From Octopus vulgaris (taxonomy: Eukaryota): a DNA stretch of 64,000 nt. The translations under genes and the position numbers were made by a program. Shown one piece after another: positions 51,755 through 64,000 of the stretch. The notes below the pieces were generated by a model that saw only the letters and a list, made by a program, of their open reading frames with translations, made no database searches and was not told where the DNA came from. Positions within the stretch are counted from its first letter, which is position 1, and the number at the start of each line of letters is the position of its first letter. The DNA is taken from the NCBI GenBank assembly GCA_951406725.2, contig OX597827.1:36146001-36210000 (forward strand), in the 5' to 3' direction.

Positions 51755-51937
51755 TTAAACATTATTCAATGTCATTTTATTTTTGTACCAACTCTGAATT
51801 AGTTACTAATATTGTTCATTTGAAATTGCTGTGGGATTGTGTTAGTGACCAGAATTTCATTTTTTAAATATTTGTTGTATGTTTTAATTTATTTTTGCAA
51901 TACTTTGATCTAAATTAATTCCTTTTCTTTTTTCCAG

Positions 51938-52052
51938 ATTGTTCTTCTCAGAATCAATGGTTGATGAAAAGAAACGAAAACTTTGGAACTCAAGAATATA
52001 TTTCTGATATCATGCATTTAGAGTTGCCTGACATTCAAATCTAAACCAGGAG
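51938..52052 (+). other. Putative 5'UTR exon of the zinc-finger gene
   Basis: Strong acceptor TTCCTTTTCTTTTTTCCAG| and donor GAG|GTAAAT; next acceptor CTCAG| at 52420, 10 nt before the ATG. Confidence 0.55.
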
Positions 52053-52079
52053 GTAAATAAAAGAAGAACAATAATACTT

Positions 52080-52381
52080 ACAATAACAGGAGTAATTGTA
52101 GTGGACTGAATATAGAAATAAATGCTATAATAATAGGTGCCTTGGGAATGGTTAAAAAAAAACAACAGAAATAAATATCTAACCAAAACTCTAGGTTGTA
52201 TACAAATAAAGAATCACTACAAGGTACTGTACATATATTACCTAGAGCACATGCAATACAGTAGAAAGTCCAAAACCAAAACCAAGCACTGCATTTACCC
52301 AAGGCACAGGGAAAGCATGCAATAATAATAAAACTGCTGGAATAATAATAATAATAATAAAAAAATAATAAAAATAATAAT
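52080..52381 (+). mobile_element. RLE-type LINE 3' tail fragment
   Basis: AIIIGALGMVKK motif followed by an (AAT)n tail. Confidence 0.5.
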
Positions 52382-52430
52382 ATTGGAAATTTTGCTGCTG
52401 TGTGTTTATTTAACACTCAGTTGCTTCACA

Positions 52431-53753
52431 ATGGATTGCCATAAGTCTGTCAACAGCAACAACATATGTCACAAGCCACAGATTTGTCTGCAGGGACAAA
52501 CTATACTACCAGTGATGACTATTACCCCAAATGTTACCCATGGAAACTGTTTTATACAACACCAACAACAACAATGTCAGCAACAACAATGTCATCAACA
52601 ACAATGTCAGCAACAACAACATCAGCAACAGCATCAGCATCAGCAGCAACATCAGCATCAACAACAACAACAACAACACCAGCAGCAACATCAACATCAG
52701 CAACAACAACAACAACAGCAACAACAACAACCCCGTATTATGCATACAGATGTTAAAATGTTTAATCAAATTATCAATTGTGATGGCAGTTTGTCCACCA
52801 GTTCTCGGAATGCACAAAGCAGCAATCAAGAGACTTGTTGCAGTAGCTGTTCTTGTTCTAGCTCTGTCTGCAACATAGACAATTGCACTGAGGTGAGCAA
52901 TTGCAGCAGCAGTTGTAGCAGTATGATGGGTTGCACTGAAGCTTGCTCTGAAGGCAACAAAATGCTTTCTGTTGAAAACAGTGATGCCAACAAACGGTTT
53001 CAATGTGATTTCTGCAGCAAAAAATTCACTCGCCGTGACACTCTACAAATCCATCGTAGAGTACACACTGGGGAAAGGCCATTCAAGTGTGATGTTTGCC
53101 CAAAGTCATTTGCACAACGTGACAAACTTCAAATCCATAGGCGTATACATACAGGCGAGAAGCCATACCAATGTAACTTTTGCCCCAAAAATTTTGCTCG
53201 ACGTGACACATTGAAGATTCACCTGCGGACCCACACTGGGGAGCGACCGTTTTATTGCGTAGTTTGCGAAAAAAGTTTTGCACAAAGGGACCAGCTGCAC
53301 ATTCACAAACGCACTCACACTGGAGAAAAGCCTTTCCATTGTGATATATGCATCCAACGGTTTGCTCGACGAGACACACTGCAGATTCATCGGCGAATCC
53401 ACACAGGCGAGAAACCATTTGGCTGTGAAGTTTGTGGCAAGGTCTTTGCCCAAACAGGAAAACTTCAGCGACACAAGCGAACTCATAAGCAGCAAGAAAT
53501 GGAGAAAGTCAGCTTCCCTTCCACTCTACCTGTAATGCAGGTTTGTAATGCAGTGTGTCCAGATGTGAAGGTGGAAGAGACAGAGTGTGCAACAGAAGCC
53601 ACTAGTTATGGAAAAGAGGATACCTTGCAAATGGCAGCTGCTCAGAACACTAATAAAGAATATGAAAATAAAGAATATATTTCAAAGGAATATTCAACTG
53701 TAAACAGCAATTTGTGGCAGTCACTCACTTCAACAATCATTGCACCATCTTGA
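52431..53753 (+). CDS. C2H2 (Kruppel-type) zinc-finger protein, 440 aa, six tandem fingers, polyQ/H and Cys/Ser-rich N-terminus
   Basis: Uninterrupted ORF; six CxxC-x12-HxxxH fingers with TGE(K/R)P linkers; first ATG at 52431 (the track start 52383 is TTG, upstream of the likely acceptor). Confidence 0.93.
   Translation: MDCHKSVNSNNICHKPQICLQGQTILPVMTITPNVTHGNCFIQHQQQQCQQQQCHQQQCQQQQHQQQHQHQQQHQHQQQQQQHQQQHQHQQQQQQQQQQQPRIMHTDVKMFNQIINCDGSLSTSSRNAQSSNQETCCSSCSCSSSVCNIDNCTEVSNCSSSCSSMMGCTEACSEGNKMLSVENSDANKRFQCDFCSKKFTRRDTLQIHRRVHTGERPFKCDVCPKSFAQRDKLQIHRRIHTGEKPYQCNFCPKNFARRDTLKIHLRTHTGERPFYCVVCEKSFAQRDQLHIHKRTHTGEKPFHCDICIQRFARRDTLQIHRRIHTGEKPFGCEVCGKVFAQTGKLQRHKRTHKQQEMEKVSFPSTLPVMQVCNAVCPDVKVEETECATEATSYGKEDTLQMAAAQNTNKEYENKEYISKEYSTVNSNLWQSLTSTIIAPS
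52556..52730 (+). repeat. Coding CAA/CAG/CAT trinucleotide tract (polyQ with H/C)
   Basis: Directly visible within the CDS. Confidence 0.95.
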
Positions 53754-55614
53754 AAAAAACTTTAGAGATGATTTTGCTGAAATAATGGTACTGTTACTAC
53801 TATTAATACTGGTACTGTTACTACTACTAATACTGGTGATGGGATTAGAAATTTGATGATGGTGGCAGCAGTGGAGAAACTGTTTTTTGTTACCTGTTTA
53901 TAAATGTTTTTTGTTTGTTTTTTTGGAGGCGGGGGGTGTTTTATTTTTTTTTATGAAAAATGTAATTTTTACATTCTGTTTTCAATTTTTAAAATGTATT
54001 TTATATAATCTTAGGAGTTACAAGAAAAAAAAATTACAAATTGCAAAAGAGAAAAATTGTTAAAAAAATTTGTCCAGCAAGTTTATATTGTAGAAATTCA
54101 AGTAAGAGTGAAAGAGTAACAGCTGGCTAATTTGACAGGGTAACAATCTACAAAACTTACATATTTGATTGATTTTTTTTCCAGTCACTATTGCTCTGTC
54201 ATCTGTTTCATAGAAATCGCTTATTTCTCAATGGCTCAGTCCACATAGCAGATACAATGAGGAAGTTACACTTCATAGCTATAAGCAATGTGAGCATTAT
54301 TGAAGTGATCAGTGTTTTATTATCTTGTGGAGTTAAGCTCAAATCCTCCTCATAGGCTTAGAGAAAAGACTACAGAAAACAGAGCTCCCCCAGGTATTCA
54401 TTTTTGATTCACAATGTATAGTATCTGAGAGATCTGTTGTGAAACATTTACAGAAAGCAATGGATTCTATTATTGGACGAATGAGGATTTTTTTTTTTTC
54501 TAAATATAAATCAATACATTTTTTTAGATACCGAATGAAGTTATTATTCTTTCATTTCTTGAAAATATATATATATATTAAAAAAACCCAGATAATTCCT
54601 GATATTTTATGATAGTCATAAAACAAGAGAATGAAATTATCACTAAGATCCTTCAACTATTATTTCCTTTACTTGTTTCTGCCAAAATATTTTGTGTTTC
54701 TCTCATATTGTCCAGAAAAAGCCTCAACATATGCAAACATGCACACACAAAAGTTCCATGCGAGTGATGATTTTCTTCCTCTTTTTTTTTATTTTTAAAT
54801 TAGTATGGGTCCAAATTTATAAAGCAATCAATATAATTTACTATGGAAAAAAATATGAAAGACAAAATTATAAGAAAAAAGGGTTTAGATTACAGAAATA
54901 TATTCTGCAGCCTCCTATAGTGATGTTTCTGCATTTAACCTAAGTTAGTTAGTGGAACTTTACGGGTAACAAATTTTGTAGCATGTGTTTGCCAATGCTG
55001 GATGTATGAAAGGTGGCATTAACCCAAGTCGAATTTGAACTCAGAATCTAGTGGGAGAGAACAAAATGATGTATTGTAATGGTGTACTGTCTTGACCAGT
55101 AAACCATTAAAATACAGCTCTGTATTATGTAACTTAGTATTGAGCCAGTATATATATATACACACAATAGTGACTACTATGTGGGTATGGACACTTATGT
55201 CCATTCAGTTGTATTAAGTAAAGAACCAAAACTGATTAGACATATATATTTTGATCCACTATCTATACAGTTCTTCAACACTATTTATGCCATATTTTTA
55301 GCAATATTTATAAAAGCAAACACATATTTGTGTGTGTATGTGTATCTATGTATGTACGTATGAATATATCTATTTATCTGTATGTATATGTGTGTATGTG
55401 TAATAAGAACAGACGAATAGGTTTTCAGTGTTGCTACAATTGTTTCATTAGAAGTTTTTATTTTGACATAAGCTTAATACAATTATTTAGATTATGCAAT
55501 ACATTGCTTCAGTGTCTGCTCTGTGTAATTCTGTTTAGCCTATTAGTAGCAGGCTTCACTTTGATATGCCTCAATCTTTTATAGATCCATTTTAATTGAA
55601 TTCTATATATATAT

Positions 55615-55757
55615 AGGCACAGGAGTGACTGTGTGGTAAGAAGCTTGCTTCCCAACCACATGGTTCCAGGTTCAGTCCCACTATAGGCACTGTGCCAACC
55701 AAAACCTTGTGAGTGGATTTGGTAGATGGAAACTGAAAGAAGCCTATCATATATATA

Positions 55758-55814
<57 letters not shown>

Positions 55815-55998
55815 TTGTGTGTCTGTATTTGTGTTGACAACTGATGTTGGTGTGTTTACATCTCCGTAACTTAGCAGTGCAGCAAAAAAGACCGATAGAA
55901 TAAGTACTAGGCTTCCAAAGAATAAGTCCTGGGGTCATTTTGTTTGACTAAAGGCAGTGCTCCAGCATGGCCACAGTCAAATGACTGAAACAAGTAAA
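55615..55998 (+). mobile_element. SINE family C copy with internal (TA)n expansion
   Basis: AAGCTTGCTTCCCAACCACATGGTTCC..GTTCAGTCCCA, GTGGATTTGGTAGA, end ATGACTGAAACAAGTAAA. Confidence 0.85.
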
Positions 55999-56490
55999 AG
56001 CATAAAAGAAAGAATATATATAAGTTTGACTCAGTGTCACATGACTTGAGGCTGATGTCTGATGAGTTGCACATGTGCTAGTGCTCATGAAACTTTAAAT
56101 AATGTGGAGCTGAGTTAAGCTATTATTAAAAATATATGTCACTCCTATAAAATGTGGAGTTACTTATATATTTTTAAGGGGCTACTTTCTTTTCTTTGTT
56201 CACTCACTCATATCACACACACAAACAGAATGTAGTTGAAAGGTACACACAGGCTGCAGATGGGTATTGTTTCTTTTCTTGTTTCTTTTTTCCTGCACAT
56301 TTTTTTCTTGATCTGTTTTGACAACGGGTTCACCCAAAACATCAGTACTCTTCTTTTCTCAGTGTACTGTTCTCTGTCACAACTTTCTATGTTAACTTTT
56401 TTGGTTTACATTTTCTCCATCACTTTTTGAATTTTTGTCTACCTGCTCTAACCTCTCACCTTATCCAACTATCCATCTCTTAATCCCCTT

Positions 56491-56810
<320 letters not shown>

Positions 56811-56866
56811 ATATATATATATATGTGTGTGTATATATATATATATATATACATACATATATGTAT

Positions 56867-57021
<155 letters not shown>

Positions 57022-60000
57022 ATGCACACACATGTATTCATTTGAACATAAGATGTATACTTACATACTTTATATATTAAAAACTGCAAGGTGTAAGTTT
57101 AATATTATCATATATTTCAGCACAGCCTGTTTCCATACTGTTGCTATATCAATCTTTGGGTCTTTTACGCAATTATTGTATGAAGCAAAGAAAATTAGCT
57201 GATTAGATTATTTCAATAAGAATTGCAAAGTACATTTATTTATCTATATATTTTTGCGTTTTATCCCCTTCTTTCGTCAGCAGGTAAGGGTTTTGATGTA
57301 TGAAATCCTTACCTCGTTCTCTCACAAACTGTCAGTGTTGAAAACAGTTATAGCTACTGCTATGGTATTAACAATCATCATCATCATCATCATCATTATT
57401 TAACTATATATTTATATTTACATATAGTGGAAACCATCAGTATTCTAACAGCATACTAAAATATGAAGTATTGCTAGAAATAATAATTGCTAGAGCAATA
57501 ACAGATATCTAATGGTTTATAATTCTGTCTCGTGTTATATATTTGACATCATCTAGGATATTATATTGTCCCCTGACGCTATCATAGACCGCAGGTATGC
57601 AACTGTACTGGCTAACATAGTTGTCTCTTTATTGCAAATCTATTTGTTAAATACACTCATATTCTCTCTATCTCTCATACACACACACGCATACACACAC
57701 ACACACACGCATACACACACACGCATACACACACACACTCATGCACACTTTTACATATGCACTCATGCACACATTCTTACATATGCACTCACTCACTCAT
57801 GCACTTACTCATTTTATCTCCTTCTCACCTCCCTATCTCCCCCTCTCTCTTTCACTCACATATCATTATGTTTGAGTGTGGAAGTGGGGAATAACTTTTT
57901 CTTATGTATGGTGATAACTAAAACCCTCCTGTGTTAGCTAAGAATAACATCTAGCTAATCGGTGGACAGGGTAGGGTGTACCCTACATGTGCTTAGTTTA
58001 ACACAGAATGAGCTGTTACACCACATACTAGTAAATGGCAATCATATCCAGACCATAATCAAAGCCTGAGTCTAAGACTCATTAGCAAAGTTGTCTGAAA
58101 TCATTGATAAATCCCAGTTTGAAGCTGAATCTATAGATGGAGTTTTCAGTCCTACACAAAGTTGAACTCACCATGCAAGTTCAGGATCAATTTGTTAATT
58201 CCACAGGGTCATCATTGTCTGTTGTTGCATGTTGTTTGTTCCTACAGTGTACTATTTAATTATAGGCTAAGTAGACCATGCCATTTCATAGTCTCTTAGG
58301 CCAAGGACAAAATGCACTGCCATTGAGAGAGTGTGAAGCGGCAAACTCTTGGATGGTTGTTTGCCACTCTGTTGATTTGACCAGCTATGGCTTATGTATA
58401 TGTGATGTATATTGCATGCACATGTGAATCTGTGTACATATATATATATATCACATCATCATCATAATTCAATGTCCATTTTTCCATTCTTGCTTGGGTT
58501 AGACGGAATTTGTTGAGACAGATTTTCTACTGCTGGATGCCGTTCTGGTCACAACCCTCACCTTTTTCCAAGCAAAGTAATATTTTACCCATGCTTAGAC
58601 ATGTTATTTCAATGAAAACTGCAAATGGACAGCCTCGCTTGTATGATGACGATGCTCATTTACAACCAACTTGTGATGTCTAGACAATAACATGTGCACA
58701 GACACACACACACACACATCGATCCTGTTTTAGTTTTTGTCTATCAAACCTACTCACAAAGCTTTGGTCAGCCAGGTGCTATAATAGAAGGCACTAACCC
58801 AAGATACCTCCCATTGGGACTGAACCAAGAAACATATGGTCTGAAAGTAAGCTTCTTAATCACACAGTCATACACACATTTTCATATTTATCAACATGAT
58901 CCAGTTTTATATTCAAAGTTCCATTGAAATGTTGTACCTTTGTTAAGACCTGGCACCAGTTGCTCACAACTTTTGTAATCGCTATGATGGCTGAACCAAC
59001 ATGTGGGTATTTCTATATATAATGTGTACATAACAGCATCCATGCTGGTGACACATAAAAGCACCTGTGCTGGTGACACATAAAAGGCACCCACTACACT
59101 CTCAGAATGGTTGGCATAGAAAGGGTATCCTGCTGTAAAAACCAAGCCAAAGTCAGACTGGATCCTGGTGTAGCTCTCTGACCTACCAGTTCCATTCAAA
59201 CCATCTAACCCATGCCAGCATGGAAAGCAGACGTTAAATGATGATGGTGAGGATGAGTTTCTCCAACAAAAGTAGGAGTACTCAGTACATTGTGTGGAGT
59301 GAATATATTATTATATAGCAGATATATATTGCATTGTGTCTTTGAATGTTTTAAGAGGCAGCTAAAAGAGTGACAACAGGAATTAGATCTGGCTGTAAAA
59401 CACTGCCCCCAATAGTGAACCTTGATACTGTCACAGGGCCCACTTTAGCAGGGAAAATGGCCTCAAAACGTTTGCTGTGTTAGCAGAAAAATATTTCTTG
59501 TTTTTAACGTCTTTAAGTTGCTTGCTAAATAGAGCATTCTGATAACTTGCTCTATTTAGCACGAAACTTAGATATGGGAAAATAATATTTGGTTACTATA
59601 TTTTAATACACATCCACACACATATAAACACACATGTGCACGCACATGCACACACACATGCCTGCACACACGCACACACCCACTAAGAAACACATTTGTA
59701 TATGTGTATTAGAAGGTATGTTTATTTGAAGAAACACCTCTTACCATCTGTGTTTACTCTCCTTCTTCAAGCATTATGTCTATTATTACAACATCGTTCT
59801 TGAGATCATTCTCAATAACACCTGTACCAACCAACATGGGTTTCTCATAGTTTCCTTCCATACCTAAGGAACTTCTTAAATAAGGTGTTTGCTGTTGCTA
59901 TGTTACTCCACCAAAGTGCCTTTCTTTCTGTTCCTTATCCAGAGATTTCAATGCTCTGATGAAGATAGTAATAAAAAAAAGTGATGTAAATGTTTCCTTC

Positions 60001-60239
60001 ATTTTAAGAGCTGGTTCTTAGCTCCATTTAAAACTATTATGTGGATAAATGGTAAATCTCAAATTGAGATGATACCTATCTAGCTCAGGTAACATTCCCA
60101 GACAATCTAGTACCCACTCCCAGCAGTTATACATAAAACTGAGTGTGTGCAGTTTTAATTTGCAAATAAAATATCTACTGTAATTTGAAATGAAGATCTA
60201 TGAGATGAGAGTCCAATACCAAATCCACTGCTTGCTTCT

Positions 60240-60540
60240 TGCTTGCTTCATGCTCTTGTTTGATGGGGTTGGGGTCATCCCTGGCTAGTGGTCCCAGAGA
60301 TATCATCATGCATTGAGCTGACCATATTTATCAGTGCTGTCTATTGCTTGTGGCCCTGTGCCAGCCCCTCTGCATCCTCCAAAGTGATATCGAGCCTCTG
60401 GAGATCTTCCCTAACCATGTCTAGACATCTAGTACAGAGCCTGCCTTGAGGCGTCTTCCTGTCCTTAGCTGCTACGTTGAACGAGAGTAAAGCCCTGGTA
60501 GGATGATTTAGGGAGAGACAGAGGGCATAAAACCACTCCC
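60240..60540 (-). mobile_element. RTE-like LINE 3' remnant
   Basis: PQGRLCTRCLDMVREDL resembles the RPRGRP..RW.D.V..DL C-terminus; (AAGC)n tail. Confidence 0.5.
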
Positions 60541-62184
60541 TCAATAATTCACCCCTTCAGTTGGGTTTTGTCTTGTGAGTTACTTTTTGACCTCACTTGT
60601 ACATAAAAATCACCCAATACACTGCGATGTGGCTGGTGCTTAGAAATGGTGTCCAGCTGCAGAAACCATGCTTATGCAAACATAGGAGCTTGCTACAGTC
60701 CTCTGGTTTGTTAGCTCTTTTCAAACCATTCAATCCATGTTAGGAAGCAAAACAGACATTAAACAATAATGATGATGATGATCATAGTGGTGGTGGTGGT
60801 GATGTGATGATGATGAAGGGCCAGGTGTTATTGTGACACCTGGACCTACATATGCTCGTTACTACATAAATTCAAATTAAATTTCTCGGTCTGACCATTC
60901 ATATAAAATCATACTTTACAACTGTATCAATGACATGTGTCTTAGTAAGAGTAAGTCAGAAACCAGTTTTGTTTTTATGTTATTTATTAAACCTGCATGA
61001 ATGACAAAGTAAAATTTGGCAATTTAAAGAGTTTTTAACTTGTTATATTCAATTAACCCATTGTACTCAGAATCTGTTCTTTATATTCTGTTAAACAAAC
61101 CTGATTTTAATTAATTCCTTACAAAGCCTAACTTCAAGTTTTATTACATCAAAAAGTTAATTAAAGGAAGGTCTGGAGCTAATCAACAATGATTATTACC
61201 TGGAATGAATGTAGCTGAAGTGAAATTCATAAACTCAGTCTTCAGTGACACAACCTTGTTGATGCTTTCTTTAGACAATACAATCCTATATTTCCAGGGT
61301 CAAGTTAGAGGTATATTTAATTAGATGGTACCTTGTGTGCTGTTTCATCAATTCTGTAGGGATCATAAGCAAAGTCAACCCTGGTGATATTTGTATATAG
61401 ATTTATGAAATTGAATACTACTGGATCAAAAATTAAATGTATAGTTTATTGAAGGACAGCCAGGAGAGGCATCCAGTCATAGAATCCAAAACAAACCAGA
61501 TATTGGTGCTTGGCACAGTCCTGTAGCTCACCAGCTTCTGTTAAACCATCCAACCCATGAGAGCATGGAAAGCATGGTAAATGGTGATGATACTGGAAAC
61601 ATCAGTTAACTTGAACCTAAAAAAAGTTTAACCCTTTCGTTACCAAACTGCCTCAATGTGTTTAGTCTGATCTCCATCTTTGATCAGTGTAGGAGGTCCT
61701 ACCAGGAGCTTATGCTCTGCTGACATATCTCTCAGAGTCATTCAGGCACACAAGCCACCGTACTGTAACAAGGATTAAGTGTTGTGAGTGTGTGTGTGTG
61801 TGGGGGGGGGGTCAACTTTACCTTTTGTCTTTTTCAAGATCAATAACATAAAATACTAATCAAGTACTGGTGTTGATTTAACTGATTAAAATCTTGCCCA
61901 CAAATTTATAGACTTGGGCCATTGTTAGATACCATCGCTGTTACTGGAGTGGCAGATGGCAGAATTAGTTTACCAGACTTAAATAACTTGAAGTATTTAG
62001 TTACATTATTCAACATACTGAGTTCAATCCCACTAAGGGTGGCTGGCAACTTTTCTATCTGTCATCTTTGTAAGGTTGATAAAATATTTTGTAAAAAAAA
62101 AAAAATGTGTGGCTTTGTGCCTATGTAAAAACTATCATTATTATTGTTATTGTTGTCGTTGTTGTTATCAATATTATTATTATT

Positions 62185-62380
62185 AAGGCAGAAAGCTGGT
62201 AGAATTAAGGTGAAAAGCATGTCAGATAAAATGCTTAGCAGCATTTATTCTTGCTTTTTAAATTGTGAGTTCAAATACCACCAAGGTTGACTTTACTTTT
62301 CATCCTTTCAGGGTTGATAAACAAGTACCACCTGTCAAGTACAGGGGTTAATGTAATCAATTAATGTCCCCACCCCAAAT
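62185..62380 (+). mobile_element. Old SINE family A copy, CpG-decayed
   Basis: AAGGCAGAAAGCTGGTAGAA..GTTCAAATACCACCAAGGTTGACTTT..CATCCTTTCAGGGTTGATAAA. Confidence 0.8.
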
Positions 62381-64000
62381 TATTATTATTATTATTGTTT
62401 TATTTTACTCCTCAGAGCTCTCAATCTTACTCTAGTTAATTCTGTGAGAGTGAACAGCAACCTGTTGTCAAAAGCCTCTACTACTACCTGAGATGTACAC
62501 AACCTTGTTGTGTTAGAAATGTATAGAATTGATGTTTTTTCTATGTAACATTTGTTTTTGTTTTTCAATGTTTTGTCTGTTTTTGTTGTGTAGATTATGT
62601 GTTGTGTTATTTTGTTGAGGATGTGCTGTGAGTGTATTGTGCTGTGTATTATAGTGTTAGATGGTGATTCTATGGAGTATGTATTGTGTGGGTTATGTTT
62701 TGTCTTATAATGCTGGGAGGTGATTGCACAGAGTATGTTCTGTGTGAGTTGGGTTATATTGTTGGATGGTGATTCTGTTGAGAATGTGGTTGTGCAAGTT
62801 GTTATTTTATTAAGTTATGATGGTATAGAATATGCATTATGTTATTTATTATAATCTTGTATAAAATAAAATTGAACATTACCTGCTTACTGAAATGCTT
62901 TTAATGTCCTATTCCCAAATTGTCTCTGATAACACCTAAACTATTTAAAAATTGTGTTGAAATTTTAAAATTATGGAGCAAGTGCCTAAGAAAGATTTTC
63001 TCTAGATGCCAAATACTTCAGGGATACCTCCTTTTATTCCTTTTTGTAATGTTATCACCGCAGTCTTGTTATATGGTATTGTTCATCTAAATTGCCTTAA
63101 CATTCTCCCACTCTCTCTGTTGCCTTATATCATGTTGTTAATCTATGTATAAATATTGATTTATATTTACTAAGTGTAAAAACATGCAGTTTTGTAAGAC
63201 GGTTACCAATATTTCTTTGTTTAATTCCACCTTCTTATTGGTATTCTTTATACTGATCTCAAAATCAAAACAAGGAAACAGAAATATTGGAATCCCAAAC
63301 TTGATGTTGTAAAGCAGTGCTTCTCAAACTTTTATAATTATTGCCCTTATGCTTTTACTAAAACTTTTTCAATGTTATTGTTGCTATTATTCAGCAAAAT
63401 TTAATACACCTCATATACTTATGCATATATATATGCTCATATATGTCAATACATTACCTAATTCTGCAGGTGCAGTTACTATCTTTATTGCATGTGTGGA
63501 AATGGCCCTCAGATTTTGACAAGATCTTTTGAACTATACTTTTGTTTATTGTTTATAACTTACATACACAAGTGGTACATACTCAGTTTTGTTTATTTAC
63601 ATACTCATTTTACAAAATTTTTTGTTATTGTTGCAGTTGTTATATTCATTGTTCTTGAGATTGTAGCTAACAAACAATTTGCCATAGCATTACATTAACA
63701 AAACTTTTAAGACAATATCTGAATAGAAGACAAAGACTTGGTAAAGAAGAGTGACACGTACCTGTTTCTCTTCACTACTGCTCTCTTTGTTCCAGTACCC
63801 AAATAAAATTTTCCACTGCCCCCACCCCCAGGGGATAATACTACAGGCCTTGAGAAGCACTGCTGTAAAGCATCTCCACTCTATTCAGTGTGGTTCTTTC
63901 TCTCACTGCCATTGGTACCAGCACACTATTTTATCATGTTATTTGTGTTTCGGTTACAGATTGTAAAAGTCCAAGCTAACTAATAATAGTTAGTGTATAC

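Noticed and set aside
52383-52430. N-terminal extension MEILLLCVYLTLSCFT resembling a signal peptide
   Set aside because: Starts at TTG and mostly lies upstream of the likely splice acceptor at 52420.
52466-53535. Overlapping alternative-frame and antisense ORFs in the zinc-finger CDS
   Set aside because: By-products of the trinucleotide tract and repeated finger codons.

Overview
AT-rich, microsatellite- and transposon-dense eukaryotic DNA. The SINE repertoire and the C2H2 gene suggest an octopus or other coleoid cephalopod (inference from recalled families, not a database result). The only credible host gene is a six-finger C2H2 zinc-finger protein (ATG 52431, stop 53753) with polyQ/H and Cys/Ser-rich regions and a probable upstream 5'UTR exon. 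The rest is decayed mobile DNA: CR1-like, RTE-like and RLE-type LINEs, two Ty3/Gypsy copies (one split by a TTAA piggyBac), Mariner, Merlin/IS1595-like, Helitrons, MITEs and several tRNA-derived SINE families. The main signal the ORF track misses is about 14 type I hammerhead ribozyme cores (CTGAnGA...GAAA, mostly with palindromic stem III) in at least five repeat families. These include a tRNA/Pol III-headed hammerhead element, 340-355 bp retrozyme-like tandem units, a ~200 bp element sitting in (TA)n tracts, and fold-back palindromes. CpG content appears to fall near 27-30 kb, suggesting a long methylated gene body leading to the zinc-finger exon. All calls and coordinates were made by eye.
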